Source: Squalus acanthias (Eukaryota). From it: a stretch of DNA of 64,000 bases. The notes under the pieces are model-generated. The model had not been told where the DNA came from and made no database searches. It worked only from the letters and a program-made list of their open reading frames with translations. The stretch is taken from positions 40,054,001 through 40,118,000 of the forward strand of contig CM059432.1 in NCBI GenBank assembly GCA_030390025.1, in the 5' to 3' direction. Position numbers and translations under genes: made by a program. Of the stretch, positions 11,061 to 22,691 are shown piece by piece. Each line of letters begins with the position of its first letter. The stretch's first letter is position 1.

Positions 11061-13817
11061 GTAAACATTCACAAACTGTTTCACTAATTTATAAAATCCA
11101 CTTTAGAATCTTTATAGTTTTGTTTTATGTTGATGATTTACTTGTGTCCACAGAGATACCAGAGGAATATCTTCACGTGTTATGCCTTTATTCACAGCAT
11201 GGTCACAACGTGGAGTAAAGCTTAACCTCTCAAAAGCCCAATTTTAATCCAGTGTCCTTTCTCAGCCACAATATTACTGCAAAGGGGACACGCTCACCCT
11301 AGACTGAGTGGAAGCTATATCTGCTCTGGAAATTAAAGGCTTATTCCATACCATTCCCTACCTCACTTCACTGAGAATTGAGAAAAGGATGTCCAAAGTG
11401 TATTGGGGGGGGGGGGGGGGGGGGGGGGGGGCAAGGGAGCCATTGTATCAAAATTAGCAAGTAGCCTACTAGCAAAGCTGTCTGAGATCTCACAAAATGA
11501 ACTGTGCAAAACATGGAGACAGTGCCACTTGCATGTTCAAGAATCTTTGCTGAGTACTGTAAATACAATTTAATCAGTTAAATACCATAAAACATCAAAT
11601 GAGACATCAGAATATTGCATGAGCAGTAGATGCTAACTCAATTAATAATTTTAAATCTGAGATTAAAGATTTTTGCTAGACAAGGGTATAAAGGGATAAA
11701 AGGATATGGATCCAAGGCAGGTGGCTGGAGTTAGGATCATCCATGATCTTACTGAATGGCAGAACAGGCTCCAGTGGTTGAATGGCCTACTCCTGTTCCT
11801 ATGCTGACCAGAATAAAGGAAACGCCAGAGGAGACTGATAAACCCATGACAGGCAAGATTAAAGAACTGGCAGAGCAGGAAATATTAACTATACATGATA
11901 TTGCTGATAATTTTTAAAAGGAGGTCCAAGAAGGGTTAAATAAACTAAGTAAAAGTATTAATCATGCATTGGACTGAACTGTAAAAGAAATGGTCTCAGG
12001 TTTAACATGGAAAATGCTCTATATAGCTTATAAAACAGCAAGATTCCTCCAGGAGAGACTGAATAGAGTAAGTTGCCCATGATTGTCAAAAGAGCTGCAA
12101 TGTCCAAGGAGCAAGATGAAAGTTTTCCAATGAGGATTTTGAATTAGTCATTCCTAACAAATTAGCTGCACCACAAGCAGAGCCATCATCCAGGCACCTT
12201 GCAACACAGGAAGTGAACAAACAATTCTCTTCGCACAGAAACAGGCCATTTGGCCCAACTGGCCTATGCCAGTGTTTGTGCTCCACACGACCATTCTCCC
12301 ACCCTACTTCATCTCACCCTATCAGCAATATGCTTCTATTCCTTTCTCCCTCATGTGTTTATCTAGCACTCCCTTAAATGCATCTCTGTTATTTGTATGT
12401 TCGTATCACCTCAACTACTCCCTGTGGTAGCGAGTTCCACATTCTAACCACTCTCTGGGAAAAGAAGTTTCTCCTGAATTCCCTGTTGGATTTACTAGTG
12501 ACCATCTTGTATTTGTGGCCACTTTAGTAACCCTCCTAATACAGGCTTGGATAGTATACTTTGCCGAAAGAGCAACACTACACTGCTAGAGTTTTCTTAA
12601 TAATGTAATGCAGCTACAGCTGTAATAGCAGGATTAGAAACTCTTAAAACACAATTAATATTTCTCCATTAAAATATTTTAGACAACTCGCAAAACTGTT
12701 AGCACCTAAACAAATGGCGGTAGAGTTTCCACTTTGCGCTAGTTTTGATACTTTTTTTTGTCCTCAAATTTCCACTTAAACTGCCTCTCACCAACCGCAA
12801 AAATCTACCATGAACCAGTGCAATTGGACAGCATTTTAGAAAGCAATTTAAAAAAAAAAAAAAATTTTGCTTTAAAAATATTCCAATATATTTAAGAGTG
12901 GTAACTTGGTGCAGTTTGACTTATACATGTGAAAATGGATTTACGACAAAAAATAATCATTTTTAATCAAAAGTGTCTAGTCCACCACCACCTGCAAGTA
13001 ACCCGATTTTAAATAACTGAAAATGACTTTAAAAAACTATACAGAACCATTTGCTAGTTATATTGGTGTACAGTGTTCAGTTTTGGTAAATTAAAAGAAA
13101 ATTATATTCAATAGCTTTTAAATTGTCCCCATTAGTATCCTTGCACCCAAAAGAACCAGCTTAATTTTAAGTGCCACCCCGAAGACGTGCAACCGGGCGC
13201 AATTAGCGGAAACTCGCAATGACTGGTTTGGCCGATTTCAGGCGAATTGCGCTAAAAAAAAAGTGCAACTCCAAGCCATGTAATATTCATCAGGAGGGCC
13301 TTGCCATATGGATGTGGATAAGCAATGAAATAGATGGTGCTGGATTGGATGTTTCAGGGAAACTAGAAAAAAGTATTTTATCAGAAAGTAATAAAATCAA
13401 AAATAGGAAAGATATTCAATATGATTCAGAGCAAGTCATCTGACGAACAACTTACAATGGTAAAAAACACTGTTACAATTGTGGGGTGGACTAATATAAA
13501 GGGAAACTGCAACAGAAGGTATCTCAAAGGAACACTAATCATGTACTCTTAAACTAAGCTACCCCATTATATCGCTGTATAGAAGAACTCACGAAGGGGA
13601 GACAGGGAAAAAGGGTGCTTGAATAAATAAAAAATGAGTTCACACATTTCAGTTATTTACCTTTGCTTTAAAAACAATTATATTTTTAGGATTTATGTTT
13701 TCTTCCTAAAAAGGGGAAAGTCATCAGTGCCATCAGTCTTCAAAATTGAATATTTCATTTTTTTTTTTGAAAGTGATCACCAAAGTAAATCTTTCCAATT
13801 ATAAAACTAATTTTATA

Positions 13818-13946
13818 TTAATAGATTTTCCTCCAAGAACGTATATACAAGTAGAAAGGAAGCATCATATTCCTCTTCTGCAGACTGGGATGAAATACAT
13901 CAAAATCCACTTTACGAATTCTGTCCAAATAGTCATCAAGAATAAC
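13818..13946 (-). CDS. NDUFAF6: NDUFAF6 exon 9, terminal coding part ([42 protein letters not shown])
   Basis: tag| acceptor, TAA at 13818-13820; [11 protein letters not shown] and LYI.SWRK.Y; the nine exons sum to 960 nt = 319 aa + stop. Confidence 0.95.
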   Translation of the reverse strand, partial: VILDDYLDRIRKVDFDVFHPSLQKRNMMLPFYLYIRSWRKIY

Positions 13947-14038
13947 CTATAAGCAAACAAGTTCAACAAGTGTTAAAAACACACACAAACTTTAAGTCGT
14001 CAAATGAAGAATGGAAATAAAGCTTAGAAATACCTTAC

Positions 14039-14095
14039 CGTTTGCAAAAATGCTGAGCAGGCCTTTAAAGGGACATTTTTACAGAATGATCTGGC
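14039..14095 (-). CDS. NDUFAF6: NDUFAF6 exon 8 (ARSFCKNVPLKACSAFLQT)
   Basis: 57 bp, tag|...ACG|gtaagg; followed by a 92-bp intron. Confidence 0.94.
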
Positions 14096-14387
14096 CTAGA
14101 AACAATAAAATTAGTAGAGATTTATATTTCATCTGTTAGTAATAGCAATTATGGTACATTTCAAAACAGTGAGAGAGTTAATGAAGCAGGTAAGTGAGAA
14201 AAGGATAAAAAGAGCAAGAAAGAAACTGTATGACAGTCAAACATAATGAGTGGGGGACATATTGGAGAGGGGTGACAAGAGAAAGTGTCTCAGAGCTAGA
14301 GATGGGGAGAAAATATGAGGGACATAGGAAGAGTAAAAAAGAGTTAAAGAAGTAATTCTAATACTGCTGAAGGTAAAAAATACATAC

Positions 14388-14489
14388 ATGTTCAAGGTGA
14401 ACATGCGCCTGACTTGCTATATCAAATACCGCATCCCTCACGTTTTTTTCCCGGCTTCCTCGAATAAAATCTTCTTGTGATACACCATG
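14388..14489 (-). CDS. NDUFAF6: NDUFAF6 exon 7 ([34 protein letters not shown])
   Basis: 102 bp, tag|...CAT|gtatgt; HGVSQEDF and DIASQAH. Confidence 0.95.
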
Positions 14490-14754
14490 CTAAAAGAAAA
14501 GGACAAAAAAAGTAAGCAAACTTCAACTAATCCAATTCACTGCAAATAAAATCAGACTAGGACAGTATTGAAAAAGTAGTAGTTATTGACTAATATCACA
14601 TAGTACCACGTTACACAGAGTGGCAACACTTTGTTACTCACAGGAAAGAGCTGTATTAAACATCCTTTCTATATTATGAATTACAGCACAATGTACCAAA
14701 TCTCGTTTTTAGATTCAAAATGCTAGTGTTGCAGATATAAAATAAATGTACTCT

Positions 14755-15395
14755 AGATCACCCTAGAGGGCAAGGACAACCCCAGACGCTTCTTCTCCAT
14801 GACTAACTGCCTCCTCAAACCCCTTTTCCTGCCCCCTCCACCCATGCCTCCAATATCAAATACAAGGAACTCATGAGAACCTTTTGTCTCCAAAATAAAG
14901 ACCAGCTGCTTCCTCTCCCCCCTCCATCCCAAATCCCAACCATTCCAGTCCCAACTGCTCATCACTTTCCAGTTTCTGCCCCATCTTCCCCCTTGCCCTC
15001 TCCAAACTCATCTCATCTCCTGCTCCCCAAATCCCCTCCCCACCCAATTCCTGATTATTCAATTACTGGCTTCCAGCCCCCATGCTGGTTGACATGGGTT
15101 AACAATTCCCATTCTACAGGCACCACCCCACTCGCCTTCAAAACCAGTTGTTATCCCTTTACTCAAAATAGGCTGCCTTCGACCCATCCATCCTCTAATG
15201 TCCCATCTCTAACATTTCTTTCATCACAACTCGTACAGCATGAGGTTACTTTCCAGCTCCATGCCCATCTTTCCTGAAGCTCCCTCTTCAAATCCCTCCA
15301 ATCTGGCTTCCACCATGTCACAGCAATGAGGTCACCTTGGCTAAACTCGTGAATTAAATTGTGTGCGACATTGGCCATGGTTCAGTGTCACCTCC
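14755..15395 (+). mobile_element. Old L2 LINE fragment
   Basis: Similar to 45340-45970 (C-rich; LQSGF-type segment). Confidence 0.55.
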
Positions 15396-16020
15396 TTTAA
15401 TTCTGCCTACTATTTGGTCCTCTTTCACTTTAGGCCACTCAAACAGTTTAATTCTTTCTAAAATAAAAATCATATTGCAGATAAAAATTGTAACCTTCTG
15501 CTTGGAGAAAATGGCATGAAATGCAGAACATTTAAGTATTCAAATCTAATTCGCTAAACTGACAGTATTTATTTAATATTACTGCCATCTAGTGTTAGAA
15601 TCAAACTACACATTACTAAACAAGCATTTAGATAGAAACTGCATTTTATAACAACTGCACTGTATGGAACATTCACAGCTGCTGAGTATTAAAAATGATG
15701 CTTAGGCTAAAATGACCAAATATAAAACTTCTGTAGGAAAAAAAGCTGTAATGAACCAAACATTTCTGGTTTATAGTATCTGCAAGTTAGAGAGGATGTG
15801 GCATTAAAACAAAGAGTTGCAGATTTGGGGCTTTTTAAGAGAACCTTTTTTGTTTTATCCACCCATCATAAAACCAAGATATCCGATCATCTTTTAATGG
15901 TTAAACAACTCCAAGATATGCCACTTTGGAGACTAATTATAGCTTACCCAAGCAACATGCACGACCCAGTGCATTTCCCCATCCTGCATCTGGTCAGCCA
16001 CCAAGATTGCACTTTCCAAC

Positions 16021-17785
16021 CAAGAGAGTAGCTAAAATAAATGTTGGTCCCTTAGTGGATGAGACTGGGGAATTAATAATGGGAAACAGGGAAATGGCAG
16101 AGACTTTGAACAAATATTTTGTATCGGTCTTCACGGTAGAAGAGACAAAGCATCCCAATAATAGATAATCAAGGGGCTATAGGGAGGGGGGGGAACTTAA
16201 AACAATCACTAGAGAAAAAGTACTCGGTAAAATAATGGAGCTAAAGGTGGACAAGTCCCCTGGACCTGATGGCCTGCATCCTAGGTCTTAAAAGAAGTGG
16301 CTGCAGAGATAGTGGATGCATTGATTGCAATCTATCAAAATTCCCTGGATTCTGGAGAGGTTCCAGTGGATTGGAAAACCACAAATGTAACGCCCCTATT
16401 TAAGAAAGGAGGGAGATAGAAAGCAGGAAACTATAGACCAGTTAGCCTAACATCTGTCATTGGGAAAATGTTGGAGTCCATTATTAAGGAAGTAGTCGCA
16501 GGACATTTTAGAAAATCATAACACAGTCAAGCAGAGTCAGCATAGTTTTATGAAAGGGAAATTATGTTTGACTAGTTTGCTGGAGTTCTTTAAGGATGTA
16601 ACGAGCAGGGTGGATAAAGGGGAACCAGTAGATGTAGTGTATTTGGATTTCCAGAAGGCATTCGATAAGGTGCCACATAAAAGGTTACTGCACAAGATAA
16701 GAGCTCACGGGGTTGGAGGTAGTATATTAGCATGGACAGAGGATTGGCTAACTAACAGAATAGAGAGAGTCAGGATAAATGGGTCATTTTCCAGTTGGCA
16801 AACTGTAACTAGTGGGGTGGGGTGACTTGGATGAAGGGACCGAGTATAATGTAGCCAAATTTGCTGATGATACAAAGATAGGTGGGAAAGCAAGTTGTGA
16901 AGATGACAAAGAATCTGCAAAGGGATACAGATAGGCTAAGTGAGTGGGCAAAAATTTGGCAGATGGAGTATAATGTGGGAAAATGTGAGGTTATCCACTT
17001 CGGTTGGAAAAATAAAAAAGCAAATTATTTTTTAAATGGAGAGATTACAAAATGCTGCAGTACAGAGGGATCTGGGGGTCCTTGTACATGAAACACAAAA
17101 AGTTAGCATGCAGGTACAGCAAGTAATTAGGAAGGCAAATGGAATGTTGGCCTTTATTGCAAGGGGGATGGAGTAGAAAGTAGGGAAGTCCTGCTACAAC
17201 TGTACAGGGTATTGGTGAGACCACACCTGGAGTACTGCGTATAGTTTTGGTCTCCTTATTTAACCAGGATATACTTGCATTGGAGGCAGTTCAGAGAAGG
17301 TTCACTAGGTTGATTCCTGAGATGAAGGGGTTGTCTTATGAAGAAAGGTTGAGCAGGTTGGGCCTATACTCATTGGAGTTTAGAAGAATGAGGGGTGATC
17401 TTATTGAAACATACAAGATACTGAGGGGGCTTGACAAGGTAGATGCAGAGAGGATGTTTCCCCTCATGGGGGAATCTAGAACTAGGGGGCATAGTTTCAG
17501 AATAAGGGGTCGCCCATTTAAAACGGAGATGAGAAGGAATTTCTTTGCTCAGATGGTCGTGCATCTGTGGAATTCTCTACCCCAGAGAGCTGTGGAGGCT
17601 GAGTCATTGAATATATTTAAGGTGGAGATCTAGACAGATTTTTGAATGATAAGGGAGTCAAGGGTTATGGGGAGCGGGCAGGGAAGTGGAGTTGAGGCCA
17701 AGATCAGATCAGCCATGATCTTATTGAATGGCAGAGCAGGTTCGAGGGGCCAAATGGCCTACTCCTGCTCCTATTTCTTATGTTC
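16021..17785 (+). mobile_element. CR1-clade LINE, 5'-truncated
   Basis: [38 protein letters not shown]; 3' tail gaatggcagagcagg..ctcctgctcc. Confidence 0.92.
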
Positions 17786-17929
17786 TCCAGACATAGCCCG
17801 CTTTTAAGCAGCCAAAACCACAATCATCTCCAGAAATGATTTCTTGAATGAACTCCTTACCAGTTTCCTCCTCTTCACTTTGGTGACGAATATAGTTTTC
17901 AAAAAGTGAAACACATTATTTAAAATTAC

Positions 17930-18063
17930 CAGTAGACAAATGTCCAGTGGAAGGTAAACTTTTCGTCGCATACTATGATAAGGAGTTGCACGTAGACATG
18001 TCACTATTCCCTGAGCTTTCCCGATATGGCTGGCTGCATGATCTGCGTGGATATCCTTTACAC
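17930..18063 (-). CDS. NDUFAF6: NDUFAF6 exon 6 ([44 protein letters not shown])
   Basis: 134 bp, cag|...CTG|gtaatt; [25 protein letters not shown]. Confidence 0.96.
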
Positions 18064-18211
18064 CTGTTAAAAATTAAAAACAGCCGAGTACTGACAAGAA
18101 GAAACACCAACTAATAAATAAACACCCAGATTAACAAGACACCCAAGAACAGTTAAATAACAAGATGCAAGCAGATTATAAGACATAAAAGATGTAGCTA
18201 ATTATACCTCC

Positions 18212-18815
18212 ATGACTGCCTCAGCTCATCTGCTGCTGAAACGGTCATCCACGCCTTTGTCACCTCCAAACTCGGCTATTCCAATGCTCTCCTGGCCGGC
18301 TTCCCATTCACCATAAATTTCAGTTCATCAAAAATTCTGCTCTTCATATCCTATCCAGCACCACGGCCCCTTCAGCCATCAACCCTGTGTTCACTGGTCT
18401 ACTGTGGCTACCAGTTCACCAATACCTCAAATATAAAATTCTCATTCTCGTGTTTAAATCCCTTCATGGCCGTTCCCCTCCTTATCCCTGTAACCGTGTC
18501 GAAGCCTACAACCGTGCGCTCCTCCAACTCTGGCTTCTTGTGCTGCCCTGCTCCCTTTGCCCCACCATTGGGGGCTGTGCCTTCAACCGTCTAGGCCCTA
18601 AGCTACGGAATTGCCTCCTTAAAAGCTCCTCCTCGCCATCTCCCTCTCCTCCTTTAAACAATCCTTAAAACCCACCTCTTTGACCAAGGTTTTAGTACTC
18701 TCTCCTAATATCTCCATTTACGGTTTGCCGTCGATTTGTGTCTGATTACGTTTCTGTGAAGCAGCTTGGGATAGTTTTCTATGTTAAAGATGCTATATAA
18801 ATGCAAGTTGCTGTT
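18212..18815 (+). mobile_element. L2 LINE 3' fragment
   Basis: Same family motifs as 6575-7190. Confidence 0.8.
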
Positions 18816-19419
18816 GAGAACACCTGAATGAATACAAGTTATAAGAAAGATGATTTGAATTGTTTCCCTTTTTCTACATATTGCTTCCTTCCTTCCCCCA
18901 ATACCATGCATTATTTCCCAGCTGGGAAAGTTAATGCACAATAAAATCTTGCAGTTTACTTCACCCCTCAATTAGATTATTGTCTGTCGTTCATTTGGAG
19001 AGGTTTATTATTCCCATCTAGTGTCAGCACAGAAGTAGCATACTGAAAAATAAAAACAACTTTGATCATTGGACCTGAACAATCTTAATGCTGGAAAGCA
19101 AGCCATCTTTCACCAGGTCAGCAGCAAAGTTAAGCTCTTGCAAAGTCGAAAGAATGAACATCACCTCATCTTAGAGCAAGACATGCCGTATTCCCCAAAA
19201 TACCTACATCACAACATTGTCAATTATTTTGTGTTTCATCTCTAGTCTTTTCAGAGTTAATGATTAAGAGCTACGAGAGAAGGTTAAATTTTCTTCAATG
19301 AACATCAAATAAAGCATTCAACACTCAACTGTAATCTTAATCAGTAAGGACTCCATGTTCTTCTTGGAGATGAGAGGAATACAGGTCAGAGGAAAAGGGA
19401 AGGGGATGAGGGCATATTG

Positions 19420-19930
19420 CCTTTATGTAGCACTTTCAATGTAAAATATCCCAAGGTGTTTCACAAAGAAGTAATGTAAACAGAACCCAAAAGGAGAAAG
19501 AGAGCAAGAGCGCAAGCGACAGAGCAAGTGTGCAAGAGAGAGAGAGAGAGAGCACAAGAGATTTATAAAAGAGGACAAGGAGTCAATGTAAGCCAACAAG
19601 GATGGTAGTGATGGGCAAGTGGAACTTATTGCAAAACAGGATACATGTGGCAAAGTTTTAGGTAAGTTGGAATTGATGGAGAGTAGAGGAAGGAAGACTG
19701 GCAAGCAAAGTTAGAGTATTGAAGTCTGGAGTGACAAAGCCATGGATAAGGGTTTCAGCTGCACTAGGAGCTGAAGTAGGGACCAAGGCAAGCAATTTTA
19801 TGGGGGTGGAAGTAACTGGTATGGTGATGGATAGGATGTGGGATTTAAAGCTTAGCTCGGTTTTGAACAAACAAACTACGGACAGTCTGATTCAGCCTGA
19901 GTGTAGTTGGGAAGGGGATGGAGTCAGTGG
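19420..19930 (-). mobile_element. Old L2 LINE 3' fragment
   Basis: AETLIHGFVT; L2 tail on the minus strand. Confidence 0.6.
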
Positions 19931-20547
19931 CAAGAATTACATAGAAATTGCAACTTGGGCTGCTCGGCCAAACCAGTCCCTTTGCCTTCAACTACCTATC
20001 TAACCTAATCTTAAAATTTTGACATCATCTCTGCTTTAATCTCCAACTCTGGTAGCGCAAGCCACAGCCTCACAACCCTCTGTGCAAAGAAGTTTTACCT
20101 ACTCTGTTCTATGTCCCCATGTTCTAGACCCCTCAACAAGTGAAGAGTTCATTTCTCTCTAACGCTTCATCCTTTCATAATTTTAAATGCCTCTATCAAA
20201 ATACTCCATAATCTCCACTGTTCTAACAAAAACACAGCCCCACTTTTTCAAGTTTTTATTTGTATTTCCTTATACCACGCAGCATTTTAATGGATATGTG
20301 CTGAACCCTCTCTATTGCCTCAATATGCTTCGTGTAATGTGGAGCTCAAAACTATACATAGTACTCCAACATGGTCTTACTTAGGTTTTATATAGAGAGA
20401 AGTTTAGCCATCCAGGTACCATCAGGCTGCAGAGGACTCTTGTGAAAACATTTGAAAGATCAGCCTACTAAATTAAGACTTCTGACTGGCTCAGTTTAAG
20501 AATCAACACTCCATTTAAAAAACATGGTTTATAAAAAGAATTCTTAC

Positions 20548-20650
20548 CTAATATTTCCAACATGAGGTAGATGAATGATGACTGTGCATTCTCTGCATAA
20601 GATTCTAGCTCCTGGATATTTCTATACGCTTTCTCATTCAAATTCTTTTC
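20548..20650 (-). CDS. NDUFAF6: NDUFAF6 exon 5 ([35 protein letters not shown])
   Basis: 103 bp, cag|...G|gtaaga; AYRNI.ELE.YAEN. Confidence 0.95.
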
Positions 20651-20980
20651 CTGAAATTCATATCAGAATTGACTTAAGTTGGATGATTTTGGCCTTTTCT
20701 TTAAAACAAAAAAGTACAGAGCTATAAAATACTAGAAGATTAAATATCAATTGTATTATTCCATGGCACAATGTACAAGCCACTTACTGGTGCTATACAT
20801 TTCTATAATTAGGTTTCATGAGTTTTCATGAGTTTAGAGCATTAGCCATTTGCAGTGGAAGCTGCTTCACTAATCATGTTATACTTGTTTTTGCTGAATC
20901 TCAGAGAGAGGAATGTTAGTACTGGGGTATGGAACATGTCTCCTCCTTTGACAACCTGTTCAATTCTCTAGATGCAAGGT

Positions 20981-21030
20981 AAAGCTCCCTCACTATGCAC
21001 CAACAAAAGCTCCCTCACTGTGCACCAACA
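20981..21030. repeat. 25-bp tandem duplication
   Basis: aaagctccctcactRtgcaccaaca x2. Confidence 0.8.
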
Positions 21031-22130
21031 AAGTTCCCAAGTACAGCTTCAGAAGAATATCGCTTATTGCACTGATGTGAATTTTTGAATGCCCCCACCA
21101 AATCAGAGCAATTTATGCTGAATTACGAGCAGTTTTGTGCTGCAGCCTCACATTCACCAAGAACTGTCCCAACCTGTTTGATGCAAGACCCTCATGGTTA
21201 GGACAGGGGAGATTTTCACCCCCAAGTCTGGACTGAATTTAAACACAGGTCCCAGGGGTAAAGAGCATTCTCTCCATCTCGCCTTACACTTCACAAATAA
21301 GTGCCAAAGTTCAAAAGACTATTAAAACCTAAATGTAATTGGAGACCTCATGGCACAAGAGTTTTAAGGGAATTGTTCTCATTGCAAAATAATTAAGATA
21401 TATAAACATAGCTGACTAACTGCAGCCTAAATGATCAGATTATTCTTAAAGCATTTGATTTTATTCTTGAATTCCAGTATTACCCACAATAACTTTTATT
21501 TAAAAAAAAAAAGAGAAAACCTCAGCAATAGTTGAATTAGGAAAGATGATATAATAAGAAAGTAGAACTCCTGGACTCTGGTGCCAAGCAGATGTTCTAG
21601 CTGTCTACACAGTAGAAAAGAAAATCTATACTTTGCCACGGTGGCTGAGGAATTATTTCTGCCTATTAATGTGATGCAACAGAAAATTCTCTCTCCATAC
21701 AAGTACCAAAATGCTCCAAAAAGCTAACCGCAAAAAAAAAAAGCTTTTTTTTGGGCAATCAAGTTTCTATTTTACTGGGGGGAAAAAGGCAGGTGACACG
21801 TCTTCTTTTCCATTTCCAAATACAGCTCAACTGTAGCCATCGTCCTTCAGCCTGGGTGCAAAGTTAACACTGTGGACACCTTGAAATCTCCATGACTGAC
21901 TAAAATAGCTAACAGGAAATGCACAGCTTCCCAATCTAATTGCCTCTCTTCTTTATTAGCTGAGATTATCTGTGAGCAAAGGGTGCTCCATCTAGTGGCA
22001 TAGCAGAACAGGTGACAATCAACTATGGAGTGATGGGCACCAGGCCAACTAATGGTCTGTAGCGATTAGTAATGTCAGAATACTGGGCTAACTTGGCTTC
22101 AAAGTACTTAAATAACAAAAGTATACTTAC

Positions 22131-22187
22131 CCGTTCATCAATAATTCTCAGAAACCATCGCTTGGTCAGCTTGTGTTTTCTTACTGC
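22131..22187 (-). CDS. NDUFAF6: NDUFAF6 exon 4 (AVRKHKLTKRWFLRIIDER)
   Basis: 57 bp, tag|...CGG|gtaagt; LTKRW..IIDER. Confidence 0.95.
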
Positions 22188-22413
22188 CTATTAAATAATA
22201 GAATATCAGAACTACTAATAAAGGCACCATTTTGTTTGCTCATTTAGATTTTCCTATTCTAAAATGCTCTACTATAATGTAGATGAACGCACAAGATTTG
22301 ACAATTTTCCCAAAACAATACGCACTAATGCTGAATTAGCCAAATCTATAATAACAACAGAAAACGCTGGAAAAACTCAGCAGGCCAGGCAGCATCCGTG
22401 GAGAGAGAAAGAG

Positions 22414-22450
22414 AGTTGACGTTTCAGGTCGATGACCTTTCATCAGAACT
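22414..22450 (-). ncRNA. Minimal type I hammerhead ribozyme (copy 1)
   Basis: agtt-CTGATGA-a-aggtc(atc)gacct-GAAAC-GTC-aact: core, helix II, palindromic helix III, helix I. Confidence 0.75.
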
Positions 22451-22654
22451 GGGAAGAGCTGGAAGAGCCAAACGGAAATCCCGTCGAAGAGAAGAGCAGA
22501 ACTTCTTCAAGGTAGGCATTCCAAGAAGAGAGGTGGCAGTGAACCAAACACTAATACGATAGCAAAATACTGCAGATGCTGGAAATCCGAAATAACAACA
22601 GAAAACGCTGGAAAAACTCAGCAGGCCAGGCAGCATCCGTGGAGAGAGAAAGAG

Positions 22655-22691
22655 AGTTGACGTTTCAGGTCGATGACCTTTCATCAGAACT
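22655..22691 (-). ncRNA. Minimal type I hammerhead ribozyme (copy 2)
   Basis: Identical to copy 1, 241 nt away. Confidence 0.75.

Noticed and set aside
11405..11431. Poly-G run (also poly-C near 6865 and 44550) and the resulting poly-Pro ORFs
   Set aside because: Simple homopolymers with unreliable length; no coding support
12900..13817. NDUFAF6 polyadenylation site
   Set aside because: No unambiguous AATAAA on the minus strand near the stop; the 3' end cannot be placed
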